From Tepidisphaeraceae bacterium (lineage in GTDB: Bacteria; Planctomycetota; Phycisphaerae; Tepidisphaerales; Tepidisphaeraceae), in contig DAIRGS010000003.1 in the NCBI GenBank assembly GCA_036794395.1, positions 1-62,748 on the forward strand: 62,748 nt of DNA, read 5' to 3'. This document shows, one piece after another, positions 35,171-43,949 of the stretch. Position 1 is the first letter of the stretch, and every line of letters begins with the position of its first letter. Made by a program: the position numbers and the translations under genes. The notes below the pieces were generated by a model. It saw only the letters and a list, made by a program, of their open reading frames with translations. It made no database searches and was not told the DNA's origin.

Positions 35171-37144
35171 TTATGCCGCTCGTCGGCAAACGTAGCAGGG
35201 CCGTTTTATGAAACCGTCGCTTGGCAGGCCAATATGCTGCTCGGTGCAGTCAAAACGCCCCAACTCGATGCGGAGGAGCCGATGCGTCTCGTCGGAAGTT
35301 GATGACGCTGAAGTTCCTACGAGACGCATCGCATGTTGACCCTCCATGTCCCCAAAAAAATTTTTGGGATCGAGGGGCAGCGATAACTTCACCTCGACCG
35401 CCTTGGTTTCCATGTCAACGACAATCGAACCGATGACCGCCGCCAGCAATTGCCGTTGGGCGAACTTGGGCATGTCGGCAACGTTCGTCGCCATCGATTG
35501 AAGTTGGGCAACGACCTTATCGGCGATGGCCGCTGGATCGAGAGACTGCATCTCTATTGCTACTTCGGCGGCGGCGATCTGCTCGTCGAGCATCCGACGT
35601 TCCGATTTGAGCCGATCAAGCTCAATACGGGCATCGGCGAGCGTTTCCTCGTCCAACGTCGAGACAATCAGCTCTGTGCGCCGTCGGATCTGATCTCGCC
35701 GTTTCTGCATGTCGGCGATCTGCTCGGTCGGCATCGTGCGCTGGGCTTCGGCTTCGACCGACTCAACGATTCGGTCGCGCAACCCGTCGATGTCGGTCAA
35801 AACCTCGGCGACGAGTCTGACAACCGCCTCCTCGATCGGCTTGGCGGGTATCATCCGATTGAAGATGCTGCCTTTGATGTACCCGCGCCGCCCACGGCGA
35901 TGGCGGTAATACCGAACCTTTTTACCGGCGCGCCCGCAGAGGACGCCCACCAGCGGCTCGCCATCCTGCTGGGCGAATAAAAGCCCAGTCAGCAAGTAGT
36001 CGCTTGCTTGATGCTTGCTCTTGGTTCGTTTCTGTCGATCGGGATCGCCTCGCCGCTCCCAAATCCGCTCATGTTCAGCCAGGGCGAGTTTTCGAAGCTC
36101 CGGTTTAAGAAAGGGCTCCATCATCGGTTGATCCTGAACGAACCATTTGGACACGGGTCGCTGGCGCACCGGGATGTTCTTGGCGGTTGCCTGGATCGCA
36201 ATATCCAAATGGACGCGCTTGGGCGCGCTGGGCTGGCGCTCGTGATAGATGGCGCTGCTCGTTCGGTTGGCGATCGATCGACCCGTATACGCTTCCTGCT
36301 CGTAGATGACCTCAACCTGATGTTGGCTCCATTGGCGACCTTGCGGAGAGCGGACGCCGCGCCGATTCAGAAGATCGGCAATGCGTTTACCGCCCCAGCC
36401 CTTGCGGAAGTGCAGGTCGAAAATCTCACGCACGATGGCGGCTTCCTTAAGAAAACCCGGCATCAACAGAACCTTCTCATTCTTCTGCTTGCGATAATGA
36501 CCTTTGCTGCCGCCGCCGATCTGGCCGTAGGTATCGATGACCGCCTCCGTTTTGGCGTCGAGTTTCTGCTGACGCCCGTCGCGCAGATCACAGATAATGT
36601 GGCTCCGCTCGCCGTCGGCGGTCAGATACAGCCGCCAGCACCCATATGGCGTATGACTGCTGGTGACTTTGCAGCCGTTTTCGAGCGCCAGCTGCGCGCC
36701 CTGGGTCGAGCGCTGCGAGATACTGAACGCCTGCTCCTGCGCGGCTTCGTACTTGGCAACCTTAATCAGATTCGCGTAAGGACCATCGGGAACGTCATCG
36801 GCGACGGCGATTAAACGGATGCCGACGCTACTGCACTCATGCTCGAACCAGAATCCGTGGGCCGAGCCACCGCGGGTCAATCGGTCCAACCGCTGCAAGA
36901 GGATGAAGTCGAAGTCATTCTTCTCCCGTTTGCGCGCCAGCAGCGCGGTCATGTCCACCCGTTTGCCGGGCATCGAACCTGTCACTCCATCCAGCACGAC
37001 CTTGTCCACGAAGATCATGCCCATCCTGTCGCCGTAATCCCGCAGTAGCGCCAGTTGGGCGTCGGTTGAGGTCGTCCCCTCCGAGTCGTCGCTGGCGCGC
37101 ACGAGGCAGATGTATCGCTTGTTCTCAGTTTCCTTCCTATCCAT
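35171..37144 (-). CDS. Large serine recombinase
   Basis: Resolvase-type N-terminal domain (YICLVRASDDSEGTTSTDAQL, LLQRLDRLTRGG), a recombinase domain and a C-terminal coiled-coil (LDRLKSERRMLDEQIAAAE). 657 aa. Confidence 0.85.
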   Translation of the reverse strand: MDRKETENKRYICLVRASDDSEGTTSTDAQLALLRDYGDRMGMIFVDKVVLDGVTGSMPGKRVDMTALLARKREKNDFDFILLQRLDRLTRGGSAHGFWFEHECSSVGIRLIAVADDVPDGPYANLIKVAKYEAAQEQAFSISQRSTQGAQLALENGCKVTSSHTPYGCWRLYLTADGERSHIICDLRDGRQQKLDAKTEAVIDTYGQIGGGSKGHYRKQKNEKVLLMPGFLKEAAIVREIFDLHFRKGWGGKRIADLLNRRGVRSPQGRQWSQHQVEVIYEQEAYTGRSIANRTSSAIYHERQPSAPKRVHLDIAIQATAKNIPVRQRPVSKWFVQDQPMMEPFLKPELRKLALAEHERIWERRGDPDRQKRTKSKHQASDYLLTGLLFAQQDGEPLVGVLCGRAGKKVRYYRHRRGRRGYIKGSIFNRMIPAKPIEEAVVRLVAEVLTDIDGLRDRIVESVEAEAQRTMPTEQIADMQKRRDQIRRRTELIVSTLDEETLADARIELDRLKSERRMLDEQIAAAEVAIEMQSLDPAAIADKVVAQLQSMATNVADMPKFAQRQLLAAVIGSIVVDMETKAVEVKLSLPLDPKNFFGDMEGQHAMRLVGTSASSTSDETHRLLRIELGRFDCTEQHIGLPSDGFIKRPCYVCRRAA

Positions 37145-37328
37145 GTTCTTTTCCTTCGCGGCCCATCTGCTGACGGACGAGTTCCGTCAGCAGCGCATCG
37201 ATCGCCGCTCTGAACCGATGCTGTTCTTCCGGCGTTTGATTGCGCCGAATGACAGTTATGGATATCGCCTTGGTATGAGCCGCTGGCGCAATCCGCTTCT
37301 CCGCCACCTTCTTCTTCAACAGTGCCAT
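37137..37328 (-). CDS. Small hypothetical protein (63 aa)
   Basis: The ATG at 37328 is preceded by GGAG. It overlaps the recombinase start by 8 nt. Confidence 0.45.
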   Translation of the reverse strand: MALLKKKVAEKRIAPAAHTKAISITVIRRNQTPEEQHRFRAAIDALLTELVRQQMGREGKEHG

Positions 37329-37339
37329 CTGGACTCCTT

Positions 37340-37954
37340 CTATCGAATGAAGAACTTTTCCCCGACGACGTTTTGCGTGCCCGCAGGGCATTCGCCCGTG
37401 GTGTGGAAATGCGCATCGACGACCGATTTCATCACGGATTCGGTGGCGACGGCTGATGGGCAATGGGTTGTTCGCCAGGCGCTGAGATTGAGCGCATCAG
37501 CACCGCTCGCCTTCAGCTCGACGACAACCGCAGCGGTTAAGTTGGCCCGACACCAGTTGAGCAGCGCCGTCTGATCGGCAATCTCCAGCCGCGATGCGGC
37601 GGATCGGAATCCAATCGTGCCCGAGGGCAGCGGTATCGACCGGCGGCGGCTGCCGGTGTCTTGAAGATGCTGGCGCGCCCACGATTCCAGTTGCGCGCCG
37701 AAACGCTGCATGAGAAAACGCTCCTCGTTCTCGGCCCGGCGGATTTCGGCCGCGGCCCAGGATTGGACGTTCTCTGCGTAGGCGCGGGATTCAGCGATCT
37801 TGCGAAGAACCCAATTCGCCGACGAAGTGTCATTGACGGCAAACCATTGGGGGATCTGCGGTAGCGCCGGCACATCGTTACCGTTCTCGTCATCGCCAGC
37901 TTTGGGCGACGGATTTGGCAATTCCGATTCATTCATAACGAGCTTCCTGTTCAT
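37340..37954 (-). CDS. Mu Gam-like host-nuclease-inhibitor family protein (tentative)
   Basis: DTSSANWVLRKIAESRAYAENVQSWAAAEIRRAENEERFL resembles the N-terminal pattern of Gam-like proteins. An alternative ATG at 37936 has a better RBS (AGGAAG). Confidence 0.55.
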   Translation of the reverse strand: MNRKLVMNESELPNPSPKAGDDENGNDVPALPQIPQWFAVNDTSSANWVLRKIAESRAYAENVQSWAAAEIRRAENEERFLMQRFGAQLESWARQHLQDTGSRRRSIPLPSGTIGFRSAASRLEIADQTALLNWCRANLTAAVVVELKASGADALNLSAWRTTHCPSAVATESVMKSVVDAHFHTTGECPAGTQNVVGEKFFIR

Positions 37955-38183
37955 GCATCTCGATCAGCGTCGCCAACACGCGGCAGCCCAGTTCCAGCAT
38001 CATGTGAGCCAGTTCGCCCTCATGCTGTTCGAGAAAGTGTTGGGCTTCGGGTCCGGACCACGCGGGCCGCACGCGCCGCACATCATCGATAGTCAGCGCA
38101 ACTGTCGCGTAGTCTCCGCTGCGCCTGGCCAGCGCCAGCGCGCTGAGCTTGGGCTTGGGTGTGGATTCATCAGACATGGCCAT
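37929..38183 (-). CDS. Small hypothetical protein (84 aa)
   Basis: Coherent ORF that overlaps both neighbours by a few codons. Confidence 0.45.
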   Translation of the reverse strand: MAMSDESTPKPKLSALALARRSGDYATVALTIDDVRRVRPAWSGPEAQHFLEQHEGELAHMMLELGCRVLATLIEMHEQEARYE

Positions 38184-38529
38184 CTCCTTTTGGGTCGTTG
38201 GGTTCGGTGGGCTCGATCGGGTCGGGTTCGTCGCCCATCAGATCCCGCCATAATTCGTAATGGGCCAGATGTTGGGATTCGACGCAGACCAGCGTCCGCA
38301 ACAGCACCTCACGCTCGACCCACTCGACGAACCGGCGGTTTGCTCCTGCGATTCGTGCTGTGTCTGCGATCAGCGCCGCGGAGCAGATCACATACACCGC
38401 GAGCGAGGATTCGCGCTCGGCCAAGTCGTTCAGTGCAGGATCGACGCCACCCTGAAGCACCTGTTCCTGAACGCGCTTAATCTGCTCGCTGCTGACGCAG
38501 TCGTCTCGGTCGTTTCCGTTGTCTGCCAT
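38170..38529 (-). CDS. Hypothetical protein (119 aa)
   Basis: The ATG at 38529 is preceded by GGAGG. The track ORF's longer N-terminus overlaps the RadA-like gene. Confidence 0.5.
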   Translation of the reverse strand: MADNGNDRDDCVSSEQIKRVQEQVLQGGVDPALNDLAERESSLAVYVICSAALIADTARIAGANRRFVEWVEREVLLRTLVCVESQHLAHYELWRDLMGDEPDPIEPTEPNDPKGDGHV

Positions 38530-38542
38530 GGGGCCTCCGGTT

Positions 38543-39943
38543 TCAGCGCAGTTCGGGCCAGGTTGAGTAAATGGCATCGTCGAGCCTTCGGCATGGCACA
38601 ACTTCGATGCCCGCCGCTGGCGCGATGTGCTGGGCAGCCGATGGAGGGCACAGCAATCGCACCGGCATTCCCAGTTCTTCCATCTCCACCGCTTGAATCA
38701 GTTGTTCCAGATACATTCCCGGCAGATCACGCACCGAACGAAGCAGATCAATCTCGCCCACCTGCATTTGATGAGAAGGAATGGGCCGCTGGATATAGGA
38801 AGAGACTAGCGCCATGCAGAGCGGCAAGCCCAGCACATGCTGGTACGGTCGCGAACCCGGCATGCGGCAATGCACGGTGAAATCCAGTTCATCAATGTCG
38901 ATGCCCGGTACGCCGCCCAGACATGCAACAAGCTGCTCGATGTCGCGCCGTGGGAGACCCGGTGCCATCACCTTGCCCCGAGCCCCAAAGCTGGAGAGAG
39001 CAACCTGCGCCTGCATTTCAGCCAACCCCAGGCCGTTGCCCATGAACGTGCGGGCAACACTCGTAACCGCTTGAGCATGCGGGACGCGGCGGAGCGTCAC
39101 GCTGATCGGGTCGAGTTCGAGCGCCAGCGGCTTGAGGGCGCTGGGTCCAAAGCGATTTTTCGGCACGAACAGCATGCGGTAGCTCATGGTCTTGCGAAGC
39201 AGCCAGACGGCATCGCAGTTGTGCTCAAGCGCCCGAGGGCCGGCAATCTCACCTTTCTTTGTGACGTGTGAAACGAGGATCGATGTGATGTTCGCGGATT
39301 TGGTCAGCCGCATCGCTTCATAAAGCTGGCCGTATGCACGTGTGGCTGCGGCGGCCAAACCATGGCCCTGAATGCTGTCCAGCACGATCATCTCGATGCC
39401 GTGGTATCGCCCGCCGGGGCTCAGCACGTGCGTTGCGATGAATCGTGGCAGCGACTCAATGTCGTGCAGATCGCATTCGACATGCAGATGCGACAGAGCC
39501 CTTTCCACATCCGCTCGCGGCCAGTGCGATGTCATCCGCACGGCGCGATCTTTGAGGCGGTATGACGGCTCTTCGGTCAGAATCGTTAGCGTGCGAACGC
39601 CCTGGCGGCTGAGATCAAGGGAGACCTGTAGCGCCAGTCCCGACTTGAATCCGCCCGGTGCGCCGCCCAGCAGATAACAACCACCCTGGACCACTTCACC
39701 GCACAGTTCCGACAGCCAGCGCATCTCATCGGAGAGCGGCAGCGGGTTGTGGCGGACTTGCCCCACATCCATCAGACAGGTTGCCGCTGGGCGATTTGCC
39801 ACTTGGTTCAACGTGGCCAATGGTGTTGCCACTGGCGCTGCTCCAATCACAGCACTCAGCGCGGTGGAAGCCGACGGTGTTGCCGGCGAATTCTGCGTAT
39901 TCAGCGGTGAAGGCACCGCCCTTCGATTTGATCGATCTGACAT
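38543..39943 (-). CDS. RadA/Sms-like RecA-fold ATPase with C-terminal Lon-protease-like domain (no N-terminal Zn finger)
   Basis: Walker A LLGGAPGGFKSG. HVTKKGEIAGPRALEH. The RadA-specific KNRFGPS motif. Lon-like C-terminus GLPLCMALVSSY. The ATG at 39943 is preceded by AGGAG. Confidence 0.75.
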   Translation of the reverse strand: MSDRSNRRAVPSPLNTQNSPATPSASTALSAVIGAAPVATPLATLNQVANRPAATCLMDVGQVRHNPLPLSDEMRWLSELCGEVVQGGCYLLGGAPGGFKSGLALQVSLDLSRQGVRTLTILTEEPSYRLKDRAVRMTSHWPRADVERALSHLHVECDLHDIESLPRFIATHVLSPGGRYHGIEMIVLDSIQGHGLAAAATRAYGQLYEAMRLTKSANITSILVSHVTKKGEIAGPRALEHNCDAVWLLRKTMSYRMLFVPKNRFGPSALKPLALELDPISVTLRRVPHAQAVTSVARTFMGNGLGLAEMQAQVALSSFGARGKVMAPGLPRRDIEQLVACLGGVPGIDIDELDFTVHCRMPGSRPYQHVLGLPLCMALVSSYIQRPIPSHQMQVGEIDLLRSVRDLPGMYLEQLIQAVEMEELGMPVRLLCPPSAAQHIAPAAGIEVVPCRRLDDAIYSTWPELR

Positions 39944-40079
39944 ACAGAACACTCCTGTGCGAAGCACGGAAAAGAGCAGTGCCGCGGCTGCGGGCCGCGG
40001 CACGGACGAACAGTTGATTCGGGTCGCATCAGTGCGCGGCGCACTTGATTTGTCAAGTGCGCTGCTTGAAACTTGTTTC

Positions 40080-40346
40080 ATGAAGAAGGAAAACGTCAAC
40101 GTGTGGGTCAATCGGCGGCTGGCGCAGGAATTCCGCAAGACGGCAAAGGGCTACTTCAATCGGTTGGGCATGTGCTACGGGGCGGCAATGCTCATGTTCC
40201 TGGAGGCCGACCCGGCGACGCAGGGCGAGTATCTGAAACGGGTGTTCCACGCCGACGTCGATGACGAGGTGGTTGAGTTGCTCAAAGCCGCCAAGGGGGA
40301 ACAGGCCCGACGAATCGCGGCGCGCGAGTCAAAACCGAGGGCATGA
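40080..40346 (+). CDS. Small hypothetical protein (88 aa), divergent from the RadA-like gene
   Basis: Internal ATG of the track ORF 39747-40346. It reads MKKENVNVWVNRRLAQEFRKTAKGYF. Confidence 0.45.
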   Translation: MKKENVNVWVNRRLAQEFRKTAKGYFNRLGMCYGAAMLMFLEADPATQGEYLKRVFHADVDDEVVELLKAAKGEQARRIAARESKPRA

Positions 40347-40401
40347 ATGGCCTGTGGAGGGGGTGATCGGCTTGCTCAAAAAGGCTCCCGCAATCGAGTC
40401 A

Positions 40402-40432
40402 CTAATTCGGTATTGGGTTCGGTAATTCGGTA
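40402..40432 (+). promoter_or_regulatory. Two direct TAATTCGGTA(T/A) repeats (arm-type sites, right end of element B)
   Basis: taattcggtat at 40402-40412 and taattcggtaa at 40422-40432. The flanking gtcact...aattcggtattg.g matches 17474-17495. Confidence 0.6.
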
Positions 40433-40438
40433 AAATAA

Positions 40439-40489
40439 GCAAGTCGTTGCAGATAAAATCGTCGTAAGTAATTTATCTGCAACGACTTG
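40439..40489. terminator. Perfect 18-bp-stem hairpin immediately 3' of the tRNA-Glu gene (inside attR)
   Basis: caagtcgttgcagataaa (40439-40456) pairs with tttatctgcaacgacttg (40472-40489), with a 15-nt loop. Confidence 0.55.
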
Positions 40490-40496
40490 TATTCAG

Positions 40497-40569
40497 TACC
40501 CCCAAGGGGAGTCGAACCCCTGTCCTCTGGCTGAGAACCAGATATCCTAGGCCACTAGACGATGGGGGC
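40497..40569 (-). tRNA. tRNA-Glu (anticodon CTC), 73 nt, CCA not encoded
   Basis: Manual cloverleaf of GCCCCCATCGTCTAGTGGCCTAGGATATCTGGTTCTCAGCCAGAGGACAGGGGTTCGACTCCCCTTGGGGGTA. The acceptor stem is 7 bp, the anticodon stem is TCTGG/CCAGA with loop TTCTCAG, and the T arm is AGGGG-TTCGACT-CCCCT. Confidence 0.92.
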
Positions 40570-40884
40570 GTGTGGGGGCACGTTCTCAGCGCGTGCGATT
40601 ATGGGATGGTTCCCGGCCACGGTCAAGCGGGCAGCCCAACTCCTGCGCTCTTGAATCAAAACCGCATTTTTGTCACACTTCAGCTCCTGCCGGGCGATTG
40701 GCCCGTCGGATGTTTTTTGACTTTTCCATAAGCCACGGGCCTCGGCCGATGAAGACCAAGACGACTCGGAAAACGCCGCTCGGTAAGTGAAGGTTCACTC
40801 CTTTCCTTTCCGCCCGGCGTTTTCCAGGTGTTCTTGTGTCGCTTCAGCTAAGTCCCGTGGCTTAATTGTTTTGGGAGTCGTGAG

Positions 40885-41886
40885 ATGGCCGTCAATGTCG
40901 CGATCGTGGGCGCAACCGGCGCCGTGGGTCAGGAATTCCTGAATGTGCTAGCCGAGCGGAATTTCCCCATCAAGACGCTCAAACTGCTCGCCAGCGCCCG
41001 CAGTGCCGGCAAGCAGGTGCAGTTTGCCGAACAGACCTACACCATTGAGGAGCTTACCCACGATTCTTTCAAAGACGTGAAGATCGCGTTCTTCTCCGCC
41101 GGCGGCTCGATCAGCAAAGAATTCGCCCCGGCAGCCGTGAAAGCTGGCGCGGTCGTCGTCGACAACACCAGTGCATTCCGCATGAAAGATGGAATCCCAT
41201 TGGTCGTGCCGGAAGTGAACCCCGAGCAGATCCAGCGTCATGCCGGGCTAATCGCCAATCCCAATTGCTCCACCATAATTATGAATGTCCCCATTTGGCC
41301 GCTGCATAAAGTCAATCGCGTGAAGCGGCTGGTGGTCAGCACCTACCAGGCCGTCAGCGGAGCCGGCGCCTGGGGCTTGTACGAACTCGATGCCCAGATG
41401 AAGGCCCACGCGCTCGGCCAGGAAATCAAGAAGGAAAAATTTCCCCACCCGATCGTCAACAACCTCTTCAGCCACAACAGCAAAGTCGCCGCCAACGGCT
41501 ACAACGAAGAAGAGAACAAAATGGTCGGCGAAACCCGCAAGATCTTCGCCGATCCCCGAATCATGATCTCCGCCACCTGCATCCGCGTACCGATCCCGCG
41601 CGCCCATTGCGAATCGATCAACATCGAATTCGAACGCCCCATGACCGTTCAGCAGGTCCGCGACATCCTCGCCAAAGCGCCCGGCGTAAAGATCGTCGAT
41701 AATCCCGAAGCCAACCACTTCCCCATGCCCGCCGAGGCCAGCGGCCAGGATGATGTCCTGGTCGGCCGCATCCGCCAGGACATCAGCCGCGAAGACGGCC
41801 GAGGCATCGATCTCTTCGTCAGCGGCGACCAGATCCGCAAAGGTGCCGCGACCAACGCCGTGCAGATTGCGGAGAAGTTGATTTGA
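40885..41886 (+). CDS. asd: Aspartate-semialdehyde dehydrogenase
   Basis: VAIVGATGAVGQEFLNVL, NPNCSTI (active-site Cys) and STYQAVSGAG motifs. 333 aa. Confidence 0.9.
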   Translation: MAVNVAIVGATGAVGQEFLNVLAERNFPIKTLKLLASARSAGKQVQFAEQTYTIEELTHDSFKDVKIAFFSAGGSISKEFAPAAVKAGAVVVDNTSAFRMKDGIPLVVPEVNPEQIQRHAGLIANPNCSTIIMNVPIWPLHKVNRVKRLVVSTYQAVSGAGAWGLYELDAQMKAHALGQEIKKEKFPHPIVNNLFSHNSKVAANGYNEEENKMVGETRKIFADPRIMISATCIRVPIPRAHCESINIEFERPMTVQQVRDILAKAPGVKIVDNPEANHFPMPAEASGQDDVLVGRIRQDISREDGRGIDLFVSGDQIRKGAATNAVQIAEKLI

Positions 41887-41935
41887 TCAAATCGCCAGAC
41901 ACCGCCGGAAATTCGCGGTATAATGCGGGTGATTT

Positions 41936-42538
41936 ATGACGACGGTCCTGAATCAACATCGGCCGCCAGAAGATCCAAAGGTCCGCCGTTGGACCAAGGC
42001 CGAGTACCACGAAATGGCCGAACTCGGGTGGTTTCGCAACCAACGCGCCGAGCTAATCGAGGGGGACATAGTGGTCCTGAGCCCACAGAAATTCGAGCAC
42101 GGCCAAATTGCCGACCGTGCCGCCGAGATCCTCCGAAATCGCCTCGGCGGCGACTATTGGATTCGAATGCAGTTGCCGCTCGACTTGGGGATCAACTCCG
42201 AACCTGAGCCGGACGTCTCTGTCGTGCCCGGCCGACGTGAGGATTATCACGCACATCCGACCGAGGCACTGCTGGTCATCGAGGTGAGTGATACTACGAT
42301 CGCCTATGACCGCCGGGAGAAGGCGAGTTTATACGCCCGCGGCGGAATCTCCGATTACTGGGTGCTCGATGTCGTCCGCCGACAGCTTCACGTTTATCGC
42401 GATCCCGCGCCAGATGCGACTGCGGCGCACGCTTTCAGCTATCGCTCCATCACGACGCTGCAAGGAGCTCAGACCGTCAATCCTCTTGCGGCCCCGCAAG
42501 TAACCATTGTCGTGAATGAGTTACTGCCGGGCGGATAG
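41936..42538 (+). CDS. Uma2-family (DUF820) putative restriction-endonuclease-like protein
   Basis: WTKAEYHEMAELGWF...RAELIEGDIVVLSPQ...PDVSVV...LVIEVSDTT...DRREKASLYARGGISDYWVLD fits the Uma2 pattern. Confidence 0.8.
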   Translation: MTTVLNQHRPPEDPKVRRWTKAEYHEMAELGWFRNQRAELIEGDIVVLSPQKFEHGQIADRAAEILRNRLGGDYWIRMQLPLDLGINSEPEPDVSVVPGRREDYHAHPTEALLVIEVSDTTIAYDRREKASLYARGGISDYWVLDVVRRQLHVYRDPAPDATAAHAFSYRSITTLQGAQTVNPLAAPQVTIVVNELLPGG

Positions 42539-42561
42539 CTGGATCAATCAAAAGGGGGATC

Positions 42562-42660
42562 ATGCGAACCCTCGTCATCGGCGATATTCACGGCTGCCCC
42601 CGCGCCTTCGACGCACTTCTGGCGGTCATCAACCCCGCGCCCAGTGTGCAGTACATCTAA
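42562..42660 (+). pseudogene. 32-codon remnant of a metallophosphoesterase (ApaH/PP2A-like) gene
   Basis: MRTLVIGDIHGCPRAFDALLAVINP matches the N-terminal GDIHG motif of calcineurin-like phosphoesterases, then stops after 32 codons. Confidence 0.6.
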
Positions 42661-42662
42661 TC

Positions 42663-43916
42663 ATGCAACGACACGCCCACGGCCGCTTCCGCCTCGCGTT
42701 CATTCTGATTGTCTCTGCCTTTGCCACCCTCGCTCGCGCCCAATCCGACCCCTACTTCCCCCCGCCCGATGCCCAGGGCGGCTGGCGCACCGCCTCCACT
42801 CCCGCGGAGGTTCAAAAACTTGCCGGTCTGGATGCCGCACAGCTCGATCACGCCTTCGAACTCACCCAGCGATCCACCCAGAACGGCGGCCTGGTCGTCG
42901 TCCGCCACGGCTACCTCGCGTTGGAAAAGTATTTCGGCCGCGCCAGCCGCAATATCAACCCCGACATGGCCTCCACCGGCAAAGCCTACACCTCCATCGC
43001 TTGCGGCATCATGCTCCACGAATTCCACGACAAGATCCCCGACGGCCTCGATACCAAAGTCTTCACCGAAAAATATCTCCCCGAGGCCTTCCCGCTCGAT
43101 GATCCTCGCCGGGCCGACATCACGCTCGGCCAGCTCCTGTGCATGAGCGCCGGCTACAACGGCGAAGGCCAATCGCCCATCGGCGTCGTCAATGGCAAGG
43201 CCTCGCCCATGAAAGCCGCCCGCGGCCAAAACATTCGCGACCTCGACATGTCCTCCCTTCGCTGCCCGCTCTGGACCGCCCCCGGCGCCGGCTACTCGTA
43301 CTCTTCGCCTTCTCCGCACATCGCCTCAATCGTCCTGCGCCATGTCACCGGCCAAGAGCTTCAGGCTTACATCGACGAAAAGCTCGCCAAGCCGATGGGC
43401 TGGGGCCCGTGGGGCTACTGCCTGCATCGCGGGGATTTTGTAATGCCGCACGCCAACGGCGCTGGAAGCACTGCCGTCCACGCCACTGATGCCATGCGTT
43501 TTGGTTATTGCCTGCTCCACGATGGCAAGTGGAAGGATCAGCAGCTTGTCCCCGCCGACTACATCGCCATGTGCAACAAGCCATCGAAGTACAACCCGCA
43601 TAGCCCCTTCACGCTTCAATTCGAAAACAATTCCGATGGCCACGTCGTCGGCGCCCCGCGCGATGCCTACTGGAAATCCGGAGCCGGCGGCTTCGGTATC
43701 TTCATCGTCCCCTCGCTCGATCTGGTCATCTACAAAATGGGCGGCCGCAACAACCAATACGATCCCAACTTCACCGGAATCCCCCAGCCCGACCCCGATA
43801 CCTCCCGCGATAACTGGCAGCCGATCGCCCGCTCGCCGTTCAACGAAGGCAGTCTGGGCGGAGACGATGGCCTTCGTCGCGTCCTGGAAATGGTCTCAGC
43901 TGCCGTACGGGATTAA
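42663..43916 (+). CDS. Secreted serine hydrolase (beta-lactamase/transpeptidase-like, SxxK)
   Basis: Signal peptide FRLAFILIVSAFATLARAQ and active-site-like MASTGKAYTS. The start was moved from the track's 42516 to the internal ATG at 42663. Confidence 0.75.
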   Translation: MQRHAHGRFRLAFILIVSAFATLARAQSDPYFPPPDAQGGWRTASTPAEVQKLAGLDAAQLDHAFELTQRSTQNGGLVVVRHGYLALEKYFGRASRNINPDMASTGKAYTSIACGIMLHEFHDKIPDGLDTKVFTEKYLPEAFPLDDPRRADITLGQLLCMSAGYNGEGQSPIGVVNGKASPMKAARGQNIRDLDMSSLRCPLWTAPGAGYSYSSPSPHIASIVLRHVTGQELQAYIDEKLAKPMGWGPWGYCLHRGDFVMPHANGAGSTAVHATDAMRFGYCLLHDGKWKDQQLVPADYIAMCNKPSKYNPHSPFTLQFENNSDGHVVGAPRDAYWKSGAGGFGIFIVPSLDLVIYKMGGRNNQYDPNFTGIPQPDPDTSRDNWQPIARSPFNEGSLGGDDGLRRVLEMVSAAVRD

Positions 43917-43949
43917 TCGGATCAAGCGCATTTGCCTCCACACCAGGTC

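Larger units (their letters stand above)
17411..40496. mobile_element. Integrative element B (~23 kb defence-type island) inserted in tRNA-Glu
   Basis: Bounded by the 27-bp tRNA 3' repeat. TAATTCGGTAT arm-type repeats lie just inside both ends. It contains a tyrosine integrase, a large serine recombinase and two multi-gene defence-like operons. Parts of it, for example the Ubl operon, look lower in GC than the flanks (by eye). Confidence 0.75.
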
